Translations under genes and position numbers: made by a program
Shown here: positions 16,962 to 25,848 of the stretch, piece by piece
Position numbering within the stretch: the stretch's first letter is position 1
Layout: the number at the start of each line of letters is the position of its first letter
DNA from: a virus
Taxonomy: Duplodnaviria > Caudoviricetes
Length of the DNA: 43,525 nt
Strand: one strand, 5' to 3'
IMG/VR virus record: IMGVR_UViG_3300010218_000017
Coordinates: 1 to 43,525 of that record
The notes under the pieces: generated by a model
What the model was told of the DNA's origin: nothing
The model's input: only the letters and a program-made list of their open reading frames with translations
Databases searched by the model: none

Positions 16962-17402
16962 CTAGGTCCTTTTGATGAAATGCTTGAAGGGGAGCCCGAG
17001 GACTCCATAGAACTCCTCGGTGACATACTCGAAGCCGAGCCAATGGAGCCACTCGTGGTGTTTGACGTTGCGGCTGTCCGCCCAGCATTCGATCGTCGGG
17101 TGGCGCTCCAGAATGACGGAGAGTTCGGACTTCAGGTGCCTGTGGATGGCCCTGGCGCGGGGAACGGCAGAGTCGGTGGCAACCAGCCACACATGGGCAG
17201 GATCACCACGGGAGCCCCAGAGGCACATGACGTTGCCGCCTTCGTCCAGGGCCACGCGGTCGCCAGCCTGCGGAGGGTGGACCTCGAAGTGCTCGATGAC
17301 ATCCACGCCGCCCGCTGCAAGCCATTCCATACGGTCTTCCATGCGGATATCTTCATGGGCTGACTTTACGTGCTGGAGGGTGAGGTCTTCTACTCGGATC
17401 AT
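16962..17402 (-). CDS. gp13-like protein (acetyltransferase-like fold)
   Basis: IRMEDRMEW...VWLV...N..HHEWLHWLGF pattern; position after tail tube B. Confidence 0.8.
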   Translation of the reverse strand: MIRVEDLTLQHVKSAHEDIRMEDRMEWLAAGGVDVIEHFEVHPPQAGDRVALDEGGNVMCLWGSRGDPAHVWLVATDSAVPRARAIHRHLKSELSVILERHPTIECWADSRNVKHHEWLHWLGFEYVTEEFYGVLGLPFKHFIKRT

Positions 17403-17405
17403 GGA

Positions 17406-19841
17406 TCACCTCTGTGTTGCTGCGTACTCGAAAGCCGCCTGGACCCACCGCGATGGGTACACTGTGTCGTTGATTAGAGTGATATCCACTTCGTCGGCTC
17501 TGCGGTCGATCTCGAAGCCGAACTGGCCGTGCGCCTTGGGCAGCCTCTTGTTAAGGTCAGGGCCAAGTGCCCGCCTGCCGTAGAACGTGTGGTTATAGAC
17601 CACCTGGCCGAACTTGTCGGTGACCAGGCAGCGGTACTCCGAGGTTTCCGAGTGGCTGACTATCAGTCGGTGCAGGAGGGTCTTCATGGGCAGGAGCGTA
17701 CCTGTCCGTGTCGGGATGTAGACCTCATTGAACTTCCGCTTGGCTACGGCCTTGGACCCGAAGAAGAACTTGTGGTGGTTTCCGGTGCAGTGGACCTTGA
17801 TGGTGTTTCCATCCACCCACTCGACAACTAGAGGTCTCCCACGGTACTGGCTGCTGATATCCTCTTCGTTCTCCACGGCCACGTAGTCCCCGCGTAGGTC
17901 GGCGGGCACGGTGTAGGGTAGGTCCAGGGTAGCTACATCGTTGGCATTGTAAGTAGCTCCCGTCTGGTCAACTCGGTGATCTAGCCGGATGTCCCGCAGC
18001 TCCTTGCTGACGGGGTTCATTAAGAACTTCTCCAGGACCAGCTTGGAGCCGATCTGGAAGGTGAGGAAGATTTCCCCTCCCCTAACCGCTGCGGAGACCA
18101 CTCGGTCTGCACCGTCGAACGTCCAGGTGTTCCATGCGGTCTGCACTCGGTTTTCCGCTTGGTTGAGCCACTGGTAGATATACGCGGAAGTCGCCTTGGA
18201 GGTCAGAGCCACCATGACACCGGCCACGCTGCCCACGGCGATTTGCCGCAAGTCTCCCCCAATGAAGGTCGGGCAATGATCATTGAGGGGCACTTCACCC
18301 ACCGCAGCTCCCGCCCGGTAGAGGACCTCCTTGAACTTGATCCCTTCTCCGCACTCCACGCCGAACATCACGGAGCCGGCTCCAAGGGCAACCGGGCGAT
18401 ATCTGCCGTCGTACTCGTAGTTCGTGCTCGGCAACACGTCGGCTGACTCCTCAGTCAACGCTGAGTCTCCGCTATCGAGGACGAGCTGATTGCCGTCTCC
18501 CCAGAAGAGCAGCTTACGGCTGGTGGCCACCGTGTTCTTGATGACCGTGACCGTGCCCGACTGTATCTCAAAGCTGATGGGGTCGGTGTCTAGCCGGGCT
18601 TGGGCTGTGTCGGGGAAGAATGTGTAGGCGTTCCTGGAGCGTGACAGCGTGACCGTGCCTTCAGTGGTGAGCACCATGCGGCCCGAGATGAAGTTCACGG
18701 AGCGGATGCGCCTGTTGACGAACATAGGTGTCTTGGAGGTCTTCACCCCGTCGCCGCTCAGCCTCTTGCCCCACTTGGGCTGGACCACCGAGAAGGCGTT
18801 CTTGGCGATGTTCTTGAGGGTGAGCGGCATGGTGCTAGCGTCAAGGCTTATCTTAACCTCTGGCTTGACCACCTCTTCCCAGCCACTCGTCGTGCCCTTA
18901 CCGTCGAACTTTAGCCAGTAGTCGTCCGTCCGGTCTGACTGGGAGCCCTGTATCCTGACGATGTAGCCGTTGGGTGCGCGGACTGGGAGGTCGGCGAACT
19001 TCTTGATCGTATCCGTGAAGGCGATGAGCTGGGTGTCTCCTTGACCGTCAGAGGAGTCCAGGTCGAAGACCGTGCCGGCCGGCCCCGTGATCACAATCGA
19101 GGAGCCCTGCCTGGACACCTGATATTCGTCGCCGTTGGACGGGGTGCCATCTGGATTGATCGTTGTGCTGCCTCCGATCGTATTCGCAGTGAAGCCGCTC
19201 AAGGCCGGCTCGGTAGCAAATAGGGCGGCAAGTTTATCTCTGAACGCCTTCGCCAGGACGTTCGTCTGGATGTAAGGCGTATTGTCCGCAGACGTATTGT
19301 CAGGCGTGGTGTAGGTCGCGGAGTAGGTCACGCCGCCCTTAATGATGCTGGCAATGTAGGTCGTGCTGTAGGAGGCGGACCTGAAGTAGAAGATGCCCTT
19401 GTTCGGCCGCGCTGGGCTCTTATCATCCGTCATCTTCGCCGTTCGCTGGCGGTTCACAATGAAGGTGGTGTCATCAACAGTGACCGCATCGAAGGCCGTG
19501 CGGGCTGGCCCTGTGTGCTTGAAGTACTTCTTGAAGTCATCGAACTTGCGCTTGGAGCACGAACTCCCATCAATCAGGTTGATGATCAGCATGTCCCCAT
19601 TCTCGATGAGGATTTGGTAGTGCTCGGTCGAGGAGCGGCGTATCTCGTGGATGAACGGGTCGGTGAAGGACTTGGCGTAGGTCCCAACGACTATTCCTCC
19701 CGGCCGCGCTATGCAGCCATTGAGGGGGTCATTGAGACAGTTCTCCTGATCGTCTGCGGTGGACGATGGGCGATCCTGAGGGGACTGTTCCGAAATGCCC
19801 CCGATGAGCGAGGGGATGGCGAGGATGTCCGTTGCGGCCAT
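17406..19841 (-). CDS. Tail tubular protein B / nozzle (gp12-like)
   Basis: IPSLIGGISEQ start, TVDDTTFIVN, WEEVVKP, VQTAWNTW; 811 aa. Confidence 0.92.
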   Translation of the reverse strand: MAATDILAIPSLIGGISEQSPQDRPSSTADDQENCLNDPLNGCIARPGGIVVGTYAKSFTDPFIHEIRRSSTEHYQILIENGDMLIINLIDGSSCSKRKFDDFKKYFKHTGPARTAFDAVTVDDTTFIVNRQRTAKMTDDKSPARPNKGIFYFRSASYSTTYIASIIKGGVTYSATYTTPDNTSADNTPYIQTNVLAKAFRDKLAALFATEPALSGFTANTIGGSTTINPDGTPSNGDEYQVSRQGSSIVITGPAGTVFDLDSSDGQGDTQLIAFTDTIKKFADLPVRAPNGYIVRIQGSQSDRTDDYWLKFDGKGTTSGWEEVVKPEVKISLDASTMPLTLKNIAKNAFSVVQPKWGKRLSGDGVKTSKTPMFVNRRIRSVNFISGRMVLTTEGTVTLSRSRNAYTFFPDTAQARLDTDPISFEIQSGTVTVIKNTVATSRKLLFWGDGNQLVLDSGDSALTEESADVLPSTNYEYDGRYRPVALGAGSVMFGVECGEGIKFKEVLYRAGAAVGEVPLNDHCPTFIGGDLRQIAVGSVAGVMVALTSKATSAYIYQWLNQAENRVQTAWNTWTFDGADRVVSAAVRGGEIFLTFQIGSKLVLEKFLMNPVSKELRDIRLDHRVDQTGATYNANDVATLDLPYTVPADLRGDYVAVENEEDISSQYRGRPLVVEWVDGNTIKVHCTGNHHKFFFGSKAVAKRKFNEVYIPTRTGTLLPMKTLLHRLIVSHSETSEYRCLVTDKFGQVVYNHTFYGRRALGPDLNKRLPKAHGQFGFEIDRRADEVDITLINDTVYPSRWVQAAFEYAATQR

Positions 19842-19844
19842 GTG

Positions 19845-20447
19845 CTAAACACTCCGTCTGCGGCGCGATCTCATGCGGTTAAAGTGCGGGCTCTTGTCCA
19901 CAAGGGTCCCAGGGCGTTGCCTGTAGTCGGCCTGCTCCAGGGAGATGAGGGCGTTCTGTGTGGCCCGCTCGACATTGCGAATGGACGGGTCATCGGGTTT
20001 CTCAGCGTTAAGGAACGCGAGTGCGGCTCGATGTGCCACGTAGTAGGCGGCCTGTTGAGTAAGGTCTTCGAAACCAAGCAAGCGTGTGACGTCGGCTTGG
20101 ACGCTGTGATCCCATAGGAACGTCTGATCATCCCGGTTAAACAGAAGGCCGTTCTTTATCGCGACTCTGACATTGCGGTCCTGACCAAGCGGAATGATCT
20201 CAATGATGTCATCAGAGATGACGATCTTATTGTTCGTACCCTTGGTGAGCGTCACCATCTTTGTCAGGTGGGAGTCCCAGTCCCGCTCAGCGGCCACCTG
20301 GGTCAACGTGCGCTCCAGATGGTTGGTCGCCTTGATGGCGTTCGCCGTCTGGTCGGTTCGCGTTACGTTCGCCTCTCCGTACGCGTTGAGGATGATATTG
20401 ACGGCACCCAGGCCGGTCAGTCGTGAAGCGTTTACTGGGTCAACCAT
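19845..20447 (-). CDS. Tail tubular protein A / adaptor (gp11-like)
   Basis: LGAVNIILNAYGEA start, FEDL..QAAYYV; position after the capsid gene. Confidence 0.9.
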   Translation of the reverse strand: MVDPVNASRLTGLGAVNIILNAYGEANVTRTDQTANAIKATNHLERTLTQVAAERDWDSHLTKMVTLTKGTNNKIVISDDIIEIIPLGQDRNVRVAIKNGLLFNRDDQTFLWDHSVQADVTRLLGFEDLTQQAAYYVAHRAALAFLNAEKPDDPSIRNVERATQNALISLEQADYRQRPGTLVDKSPHFNRMRSRRRRSV

Positions 20448-20464
20448 TGGGTCCTCAAGGAATG

Positions 20465-20493
20465 AAAAGAGAGGGGATCGCGAGGACCCCCTC
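20465..20493 (-). terminator. T-phi-like terminator after the major capsid gene
   Basis: - strand GAGGGGGTC-CTCGC-GATCCCCTC hairpin followed by TCTTTT. Confidence 0.75.
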
Positions 20494-20520
20494 CAAGTTG
20501 CTGCTGGAGGCAGTCAGGGA

Positions 20521-21468
20521 TTACGGACGGACATCCGAACGGACCTCGAAGGCGCACTCGGGACGGAGCTTGCCGTAGCCTTCGAGCTGCGAGGCGATGA
20601 TGATGGTGCCGAGGCGATCATCCTGCTCCTTGATCACCACCTTCTTGGCGCGGCGCTGGAGCTTGCCAACGGCCATGGGGTTCGCGATCATACCGTAGGT
20701 CGTGGAGAAGTCGCCCTGGTACTTCGTCGGGCCGGTCGTGACGTTGGTGGTCGGGACCGAGTTGGTGCCCTCAACGCTCATGCCGGCGACCGGACCCACG
20801 GTAGCGTTCGCACGGTTGCCCGAGCCGGTGGTGACCTCGGCGTCGATGCCCGTGTAGCGGACCAGAAGCAGGTGCTGCGGGTGGCGGAGCCAGTACTTCG
20901 GCTTGCCGCCGCCGATGTCGTAGGTCCTGATCCACTCGACTGCTTTGTAGGCGGCCTCTTCGAGCTTGGCGGCATTGTTGGCGATGGCGGCGTCATAGTA
21001 GTAGCTCGGCAGCGGGCCGCCGACATACGGCGCATTCGTTTCGCGGGACGCCAGGACCATCATCTGGCCGATGCGGGCGTTGGAGACACCGGCAAGGCTT
21101 TCGCCCAACTGGCGGGAGTATGGTGCGGACAGCTCGTAGTGGGCCATCAGCTCATCGATTTCGGGGATGAACACCGAGTCCACCGTCATCTTGTCGAGGG
21201 TGATCTCGATTTCATTGTGCTCGACGGTGCCGCCGAGGATCAGTTCGCCGGGATTGTGGTCCTGGGCGTCACGCTTGCGGCCGATGATCGGGAAGACGTC
21301 GGACTTGCCCGAGGCGATGTTACGGACGGTCACCATGCCTTCGAAGTCATAGGTCTGTTCCCAGGCTTCGAGGACGTCATCGGAGAAGTTGCGGGCGAAG
21401 AGTTCGCGGTCGTCACTGCCGGCGATCTTCTTACCGGCGCGGCTTGCTGCATCAGTATATGCGGACAT
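20521..21468 (-). CDS. Major capsid protein (T7 gp10-like)
   Basis: LF...FS..VL, VRNIASGKS..FPIIG, IDELMAHYE...YSRQLGESLA, G.GKLRPECA motifs. Confidence 0.96.
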   Translation of the reverse strand: MSAYTDAASRAGKKIAGSDDRELFARNFSDDVLEAWEQTYDFEGMVTVRNIASGKSDVFPIIGRKRDAQDHNPGELILGGTVEHNEIEITLDKMTVDSVFIPEIDELMAHYELSAPYSRQLGESLAGVSNARIGQMMVLASRETNAPYVGGPLPSYYYDAAIANNAAKLEEAAYKAVEWIRTYDIGGGKPKYWLRHPQHLLLVRYTGIDAEVTTGSGNRANATVGPVAGMSVEGTNSVPTTNVTTGPTKYQGDFSTTYGMIANPMAVGKLQRRAKKVVIKEQDDRLGTIIIASQLEGYGKLRPECAFEVRSDVRP

Positions 21469-21481
21469 CTATGTTCCTTGT

Positions 21482-21504
21482 CCTTTAGTGTGGGAGGTTA
21501 GAGG
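21482..21504 (-). promoter_or_regulatory. Capsid-gene promoter candidate CCTCTAACCTCCCACACTAAAGG
   Basis: Variant of the genome-wide motif; the 3' end CACTAAAGG matches the initiation region of T3 promoters; phi10-equivalent position. Confidence 0.75.
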
Positions 21505-21537
21505 GTCAGGACGGAGTCCGCCCCTTGAGTTCGATCT

Positions 21538-21717
21538 TCAGGCGGCCGGGGAGCCGTTCTCGGGGAAGATCACATGGATGAGACCGGCAGCGGCAACACC
21601 GGCCGCCATGATGGCCTCGGCGAGCTGCGGGGAGAGGGAGATGCCGACGCCGGTAGCCAGAGCAACGATGCCCTGCCAGGTGGAGCGCTCGGTGAGACGG
21701 TTCAGGATGTAGTCCAT
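21538..21717 (-). CDS. Holin-like small membrane protein (59 aa, absent from the ORF track)
   Basis: MDYILNRLTERSTWQGIVALATGVGISLSPQLAEAIMAAGVAAAGLIHVIFPENGSPAA; two hydrophobic segments, RL.E.STW.G motif, AAGGA RBS. Confidence 0.7.
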   Translation of the reverse strand: MDYILNRLTERSTWQGIVALATGVGISLSPQLAEAIMAAGVAAAGLIHVIFPENGSPAA

Positions 21718-21756
21718 TCAGGTTGGTCCTTTGTGCTGTGAGGAAGATCGATGGGG

Positions 21757-22680
21757 TTAGAAGTTACTGACCTTGCGCCGCGCATCGATCTCACGGAGCT
21801 TGGTGATGTCGCCCTTGGCCTCCTTGCGGGCCTGTCTCCACTCGGCGACGTTGGCGTAGGGCTTGAGGGTCGGATTGGGCCGGCCCTGGGACTTGGTGGC
21901 GTCCCGCTGAGGCTGCTTCGGCTTGGCATTCTGGTGGCGCTTCGCCTCGGCGGCCTTGAAGGCGTCGGTCTTCTGATAGCGAACCATGAGCAACTCGACG
22001 GCTTCCTTCTTGGCGTCCAGGTCCGTGGAGGTCATGGTCTTGTTGAAGGCTGCCTGGCGCTGCTCGTTGTAAGCACCGCTCTCCTTGGCCCACATGAGGG
22101 CCTCGTTGAGGAGGTCCTGACTGCCGGCCAGGTCGAACAGCTCGTCGTCGTGCTTCGCCATCGAGTCCTTTTGGAAAGCGGCGTCGTTGAGGCCCATGGC
22201 TTCGAAGCGCTTGACGTCGGCCTTCGAGATGCCTTTGGACTTCAGGAACTCGTAGGTCGCGTCATTGAACCCCGGCTTTCCATCGTCCACGCTCTTCCAG
22301 AATACCTTCGAGAGCTGCTCCAGGTTCAGCGAGCCGTCTTTGACGTATTCCTTTTCCCAGGCGGCTACGTTCTCGGCGTCGGCGGGGTCGAACTTCTCGA
22401 TGACGTTAGGCTCGGCGGACTCATCAGTACTTTCGCCCCCATCATCAGAAGTCTCCTCCTGGTGATCCTCGCCCGTATCCTCGCTGCCGCCGTCTCCAGC
22501 TTCGTGGTCGGCAGCTTCAAGGTCGTCGTTGGTGTCTTCGGCTTCCTGCGCATCCTTCGGCCTCCGCTCCACATCCATGGTGTAGCCCTTGGTGGTGCCT
22601 GTGGAGACGCCCACACCATCCGAGGACATGCTGGCTTCCGTGCGTTCGTCGCCGCCGAAGCTGAACTCAATTGCGCCCAT
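21757..22680 (-). CDS. Capsid scaffolding protein (gp9-like)
   Basis: Acidic; lies between portal and capsid; AG..D....LMWAKE..Y......FN pattern. Confidence 0.85.
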   Translation of the reverse strand: MGAIEFSFGGDERTEASMSSDGVGVSTGTTKGYTMDVERRPKDAQEAEDTNDDLEAADHEAGDGGSEDTGEDHQEETSDDGGESTDESAEPNVIEKFDPADAENVAAWEKEYVKDGSLNLEQLSKVFWKSVDDGKPGFNDATYEFLKSKGISKADVKRFEAMGLNDAAFQKDSMAKHDDELFDLAGSQDLLNEALMWAKESGAYNEQRQAAFNKTMTSTDLDAKKEAVELLMVRYQKTDAFKAAEAKRHQNAKPKQPQRDATKSQGRPNPTLKPYANVAEWRQARKEAKGDITKLREIDARRKVSNF

Positions 22681-24325
22681 TAGGCTGCTCTCCTTGCTGT
22701 TGTCTTTGCGCCATCATCTGGCTGAGTGCGTCGGCTCCCGCCTGTACGGCCGGCCCGGTGCCCTTCTCCAGAAGCATTTGCTGTTGTTGCTGCTGGGCGG
22801 CGGCTTGCTGTTCCGCCTGGGTCTGCTCGGGGGTCTTCACGAGGCCCTCCGCCTTGATGGCTCTTCCTGCCGCCAGACGTCTGAGGAAGTCGTCGGCGTT
22901 GACCTTGGCCCCGAACACTTGGGGCGTCAGTACATTCGATGCGTCCGTGGCCCAGCCCATGAGGTTCTCGTATTCGGACGACCTTCCGATGCCGTCGAGC
23001 CCGGTCACCACGGAGATGGAGATGAGGCCCTCAGGCAGGGGCTTGACGGTCTTGTCTTCCTGCTCGTGAAGGTGGATGAAGCGGAGGACGAACCAGCGCT
23101 GAGGCCCTGTGGCAATCACCGAGTACAGACCGCCCATGGCCTTCTCCAGGGCCATAGACATCCGCACCCACTCCTCCTTGGTCACCCGCTCGCCCGACCT
23201 CTGGATGGAAGCCTCGGAGGCGAACGCGATGCCCAGCCGGCGTGCCACTTTCTCGGCCTCGTTGGAGACTACGGAAAGGTCCGCCGCACGGGCCGGCTGG
23301 TAGGAGGTGACGTCAGCGGCATCGCCGGGGAGGACGTCCAGATTGTCCGCCTTCTCGACATCCCGGATGTTCGTGCTGCCGGTGGGCTTCACGAAGGTCA
23401 AGAACCACGAGAGCAGCGCCGCGCCGTCCTGGATGGACGACTGAAGCTCCTCCATGGTCTTGAGGTCGCCCTCGTAGTCGGAGCAGTAGCCCAACGCCCA
23501 GTCGCTTCCTGCTTCCATAATGAGGCCGGCCGGATACATTGGCGGGACGTCGAACGGGGAGTAGAACTCGGTGCCGGGGATGACGTAGCCGCCCTCGGTT
23601 TCCTGCCAGTACAGCCACTCGCCCTTCTCGCCTTCTTCCTTGCAGAAGCGCTGGACGTGGTAGATGTCGGCCGTGTCCTGCCATTTTGGCTTGTTGGCTG
23701 ACATATTGTTGGACGCCCGGTGGTTCTTGACGGCCTCCACCACATCATCGTCGGCCACTGCGAGAGACACACAGTCCTTCAGCACGGTGACGATCGGGAA
23801 ACCCTTGGCGTCCCGCTTCACCACGTAGCTGTGCATGTTGTAGACGATGGGGTGGTTGATGTCGGTCCAGAGCACGAGGCAGTTACCGGGGACCTGAAGT
23901 TGCTTCATGGTCATCTGATAGGCGACACGCGCCGTCGTGGCTTCGAGTCTCTCCCTGTGGATTTCCTCGCGTCGGGACAGAGCGTATTGCGTCTGGGACC
24001 ACAGCTCCGGGTCCTGCCTGATGCTTTCCTGAAGTTTGCTCTCGACGGGCGTGAACTTGCACATCGGCAGGGAGGGGGGGAAGGCTGACAGGGTCAGGCC
24101 GTTGGACAGGGAGTTCACCAGGAAGGCGTTGACCGACTGGTTGGTGATCGCGAGGCTGTCGAACGAGTTGTCGTAGTTCTCGGGAGGGAACACCGAGGGT
24201 ATCGTGAGGTCGGCAAGACGCCGGCCTATCTGCTCTACCCCCGTGCGGCCCCTGATCTGCTCGGTGTAGAAGTCCTCAGCGGTCATGCCGAGGTCCGTCT
24301 CCGAGGGTTCAATGGCCTCGCTCAT
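22667..24325 (-). CDS. Portal / head-tail connector (gp8-like)
   Basis: LTIPS, YVVKRD..G, QRSGERVT.EE..LEKAMGGLYS, VTGLDGIGR, Q-rich C-terminus. Confidence 0.95.
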   Translation of the reverse strand: MSEAIEPSETDLGMTAEDFYTEQIRGRTGVEQIGRRLADLTIPSVFPPENYDNSFDSLAITNQSVNAFLVNSLSNGLTLSAFPPSLPMCKFTPVESKLQESIRQDPELWSQTQYALSRREEIHRERLEATTARVAYQMTMKQLQVPGNCLVLWTDINHPIVYNMHSYVVKRDAKGFPIVTVLKDCVSLAVADDDVVEAVKNHRASNNMSANKPKWQDTADIYHVQRFCKEEGEKGEWLYWQETEGGYVIPGTEFYSPFDVPPMYPAGLIMEAGSDWALGYCSDYEGDLKTMEELQSSIQDGAALLSWFLTFVKPTGSTNIRDVEKADNLDVLPGDAADVTSYQPARAADLSVVSNEAEKVARRLGIAFASEASIQRSGERVTKEEWVRMSMALEKAMGGLYSVIATGPQRWFVLRFIHLHEQEDKTVKPLPEGLISISVVTGLDGIGRSSEYENLMGWATDASNVLTPQVFGAKVNADDFLRRLAAGRAIKAEGLVKTPEQTQAEQQAAAQQQQQQMLLEKGTGPAVQAGADALSQMMAQRQQQGEQPNGRN

Positions 24326-24326
24326 C

Positions 24327-24503
24327 CTACATCCTCACGCCGCCACGGTCCCGCACGCCGAGCGACGGGGTATCCTGGCCGTAGTTCTTCTGGTTCTCCT
24401 GGATGCGGCTCTCGCCGATCTTGGGCTCATCTGCGGGAGGGAGGGGGGGAGGTGGAGCGTCCGCAGGCTTGTAGGTCTTCTGGCTTCCGCCGCCGAAACA
24501 CAT
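24327..24503 (-). CDS. Small MCF-start virion protein (gp6.7/gp7.3-like), 58 aa, absent from the ORF track
   Basis: MCFGGGSQKTYKPADAPPPPLPPADEPKIGESRIQENQKNYGQDTPSLGVRDRGGVRM; AAGGAG RBS; directly before the portal gene. Confidence 0.75.
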   Translation of the reverse strand: MCFGGGSQKTYKPADAPPPPLPPADEPKIGESRIQENQKNYGQDTPSLGVRDRGGVRM

Positions 24504-24515
24504 GGGCTGGTCTCC

Positions 24516-24716
24516 TTATCGCATCCGAATGCCGCCCGTCTGGGCTAGCACCGGGCCTTCCTTGGCCGCCTGTCCGCCAGTCTTGGGGTCGGGCTGGTTG
24601 ATGTCGGTGGTCTTGCCGTTCTTGTCGGTCTCGGTGAGCTTGATGTTCTTGTCGATATCGTCCACCGGATAGGCGGGCTTGTTGATGTCTGGCTCGGGCT
24701 GCTTGGCGAAGCACAT
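24516..24716 (-). CDS. Small MCF-start virion protein (gp6.7/gp7.3-like)
   Basis: MCFAKQP...GGIRMR; TGATG coupling with the upstream gene. Confidence 0.75.
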   Translation of the reverse strand: MCFAKQPEPDINKPAYPVDDIDKNIKLTETDKNGKTTDINQPDPKTGGQAAKEGPVLAQTGGIRMR

Positions 24717-24877
24717 CAGATGTCGTCCTCTTCGTCTCCGAACTCGCGGCGTATCTTCTCGGCGAGAGCCTGTTGCCCCGCGTAGAACATCGCCTTGTCT
24801 CGGTCCTCACCGGGCTGGATGCAGCGCGGCGGGAAGTGTTTCTTCAGGTAGTCAAGGAGCTTGGCCATCTGGTTCAT
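24716..24877 (-). CDS. Small protein (53 aa) at the gp6.5-like position, absent from the ORF track
   Basis: MNQMAKLLDYLKKHFPPRCIQPGEDRDKAMFYAGQQALAEKIRREFGDEEDDI; GGAG RBS; coupled to both neighbours. Confidence 0.7.
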   Translation of the reverse strand: MNQMAKLLDYLKKHFPPRCIQPGEDRDKAMFYAGQQALAEKIRREFGDEEDDI

Positions 24878-25341
24878 TTGCTCCACCCCTCATCCCCGTG
24901 TATCCACCCCAAGTACATCACCAAGTTCCTCCGTGCCTTCTGGAGGTCCTCGATGCCGTTCTTGAAGGGATACCGGCAGATGTACTTGTTGGCGTTCCCA
25001 CGCAGCCAATCGATACCGTTCTCCTGGTTGAAGAAGGTTGGCTCGATGGGGAAGCGCTTGTAGTGGTCTGGCTGGTTGACCATATCGCCGTCTGCACGTT
25101 TTGGCTTGAAGCCTGCCAATGTCAGAGCGTGTACATGGGCGTTCAGAGCTGCTATGGCCCGCTGGATGTCGGCGTCGTCATGGTCAGGCTTGAGGAAGAC
25201 CGGCAGGACCTTGCGCTGGAAATCCGTGAAGTCGTTGACGTGGAGGTAGAGCGCCAGGGGGATTTTCTGGCCGTCAGACTTGAAGCCTGGCACGGGGATT
25301 GGGCGTTTGGGAGGGTCGCGGAAGTCCGAGAGGGGCTCCAT
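24874..25341 (-). CDS. DUF3310-type (T7 gp1.7-like, putative nucleotide kinase) domain protein
   Basis: C-terminal DMVNQPDHY...GNANKYICRY..KNGIEDLQKA motif; start revised to MEPLS after AAGGAG. Confidence 0.75.
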   Translation of the reverse strand: MEPLSDFRDPPKRPIPVPGFKSDGQKIPLALYLHVNDFTDFQRKVLPVFLKPDHDDADIQRAIAALNAHVHALTLAGFKPKRADGDMVNQPDHYKRFPIEPTFFNQENGIDWLRGNANKYICRYPFKNGIEDLQKARRNLVMYLGWIHGDEGWSK

Positions 25342-25345
25342 GTCG

Positions 25346-25567
25346 CTACTCCTTGTTTGTCGGGATGAGGCCAGTGGAGAGGAGGCCGTATGCCTCGGTG
25401 AGCTTCTTGATGGCCGCCGAGACCTGCTTCTGGTGTGCGTCGAGGAACTTGGTGTCACCCTTGAGGCACTTCATGATGCGAGCTTGGAGGGTGTCCAGGT
25501 CGGCGAGGATGGAGAGCTTCTGGGTGGTCGCGACGTGGTGGTGGGGATTGACGATGACGAGTGTCAC
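25346..25567 (-). CDS. Hypothetical protein (GTG start coupled to the upstream stop)
   Basis: GTGA overlap at 25564-25567; 73 aa, helical character. Confidence 0.6.
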   Translation of the reverse strand: MTLVIVNPHHHVATTQKLSILADLDTLQARIMKCLKGDTKFLDAHQKQVSAAIKKLTEAYGLLSTGLIPTNKE

Positions 25568-25677
25568 GAGAAGAACCACCTTCTGATGAGGTAAGCGATC
25601 CCACACAGGGCCATGAGGCCGAGCAAGATGCATCCCATGATGACCTTGACGGCGAAGTAGAGGGTGACGAAGAACAT
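25564..25677 (-). CDS. Small hydrophobic membrane peptide (37 aa)
   Basis: MFFVTLYFAVKVIMGCILLGLMALCGIAYLIRRWFFS; AAGGAGG RBS; TGATG coupling. Confidence 0.65.
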   Translation of the reverse strand: MFFVTLYFAVKVIMGCILLGLMALCGIAYLIRRWFFS

Positions 25678-25847
25678 CAGAAGCGGTCCTCCTTCACCCA
25701 GCCCTTGTCGTAGCCCTTCCAGGAGTATCCCCGGAGGAGCGGCCTAATCTCCGTCTTAAAGAAGAAATAGGCCAGCATGGTAAGCATGGAGCCCGCGAAC
25801 AGGAGGAAAATCACTCCCAACACAGCAAAGAAGAACTCGGCGGTCAT
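25677..25847 (-). CDS. Small membrane protein (56 aa)
   Basis: MTAEFFFAVLGVIFLLFAGSMLTMLAYFFFKTEIRPLLRGYSWKGYDKGWVKEDRF; starts 1 nt after the exonuclease stop. Confidence 0.65.
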   Translation of the reverse strand: MTAEFFFAVLGVIFLLFAGSMLTMLAYFFFKTEIRPLLRGYSWKGYDKGWVKEDRF

Positions 25848-25848
25848 A

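Noticed and set aside
20494-20560. T7 gp10B-like frameshift extension of the capsid protein
   Set aside because: No obvious slippery sequence near the stop, and a terminator follows within ~30 nt
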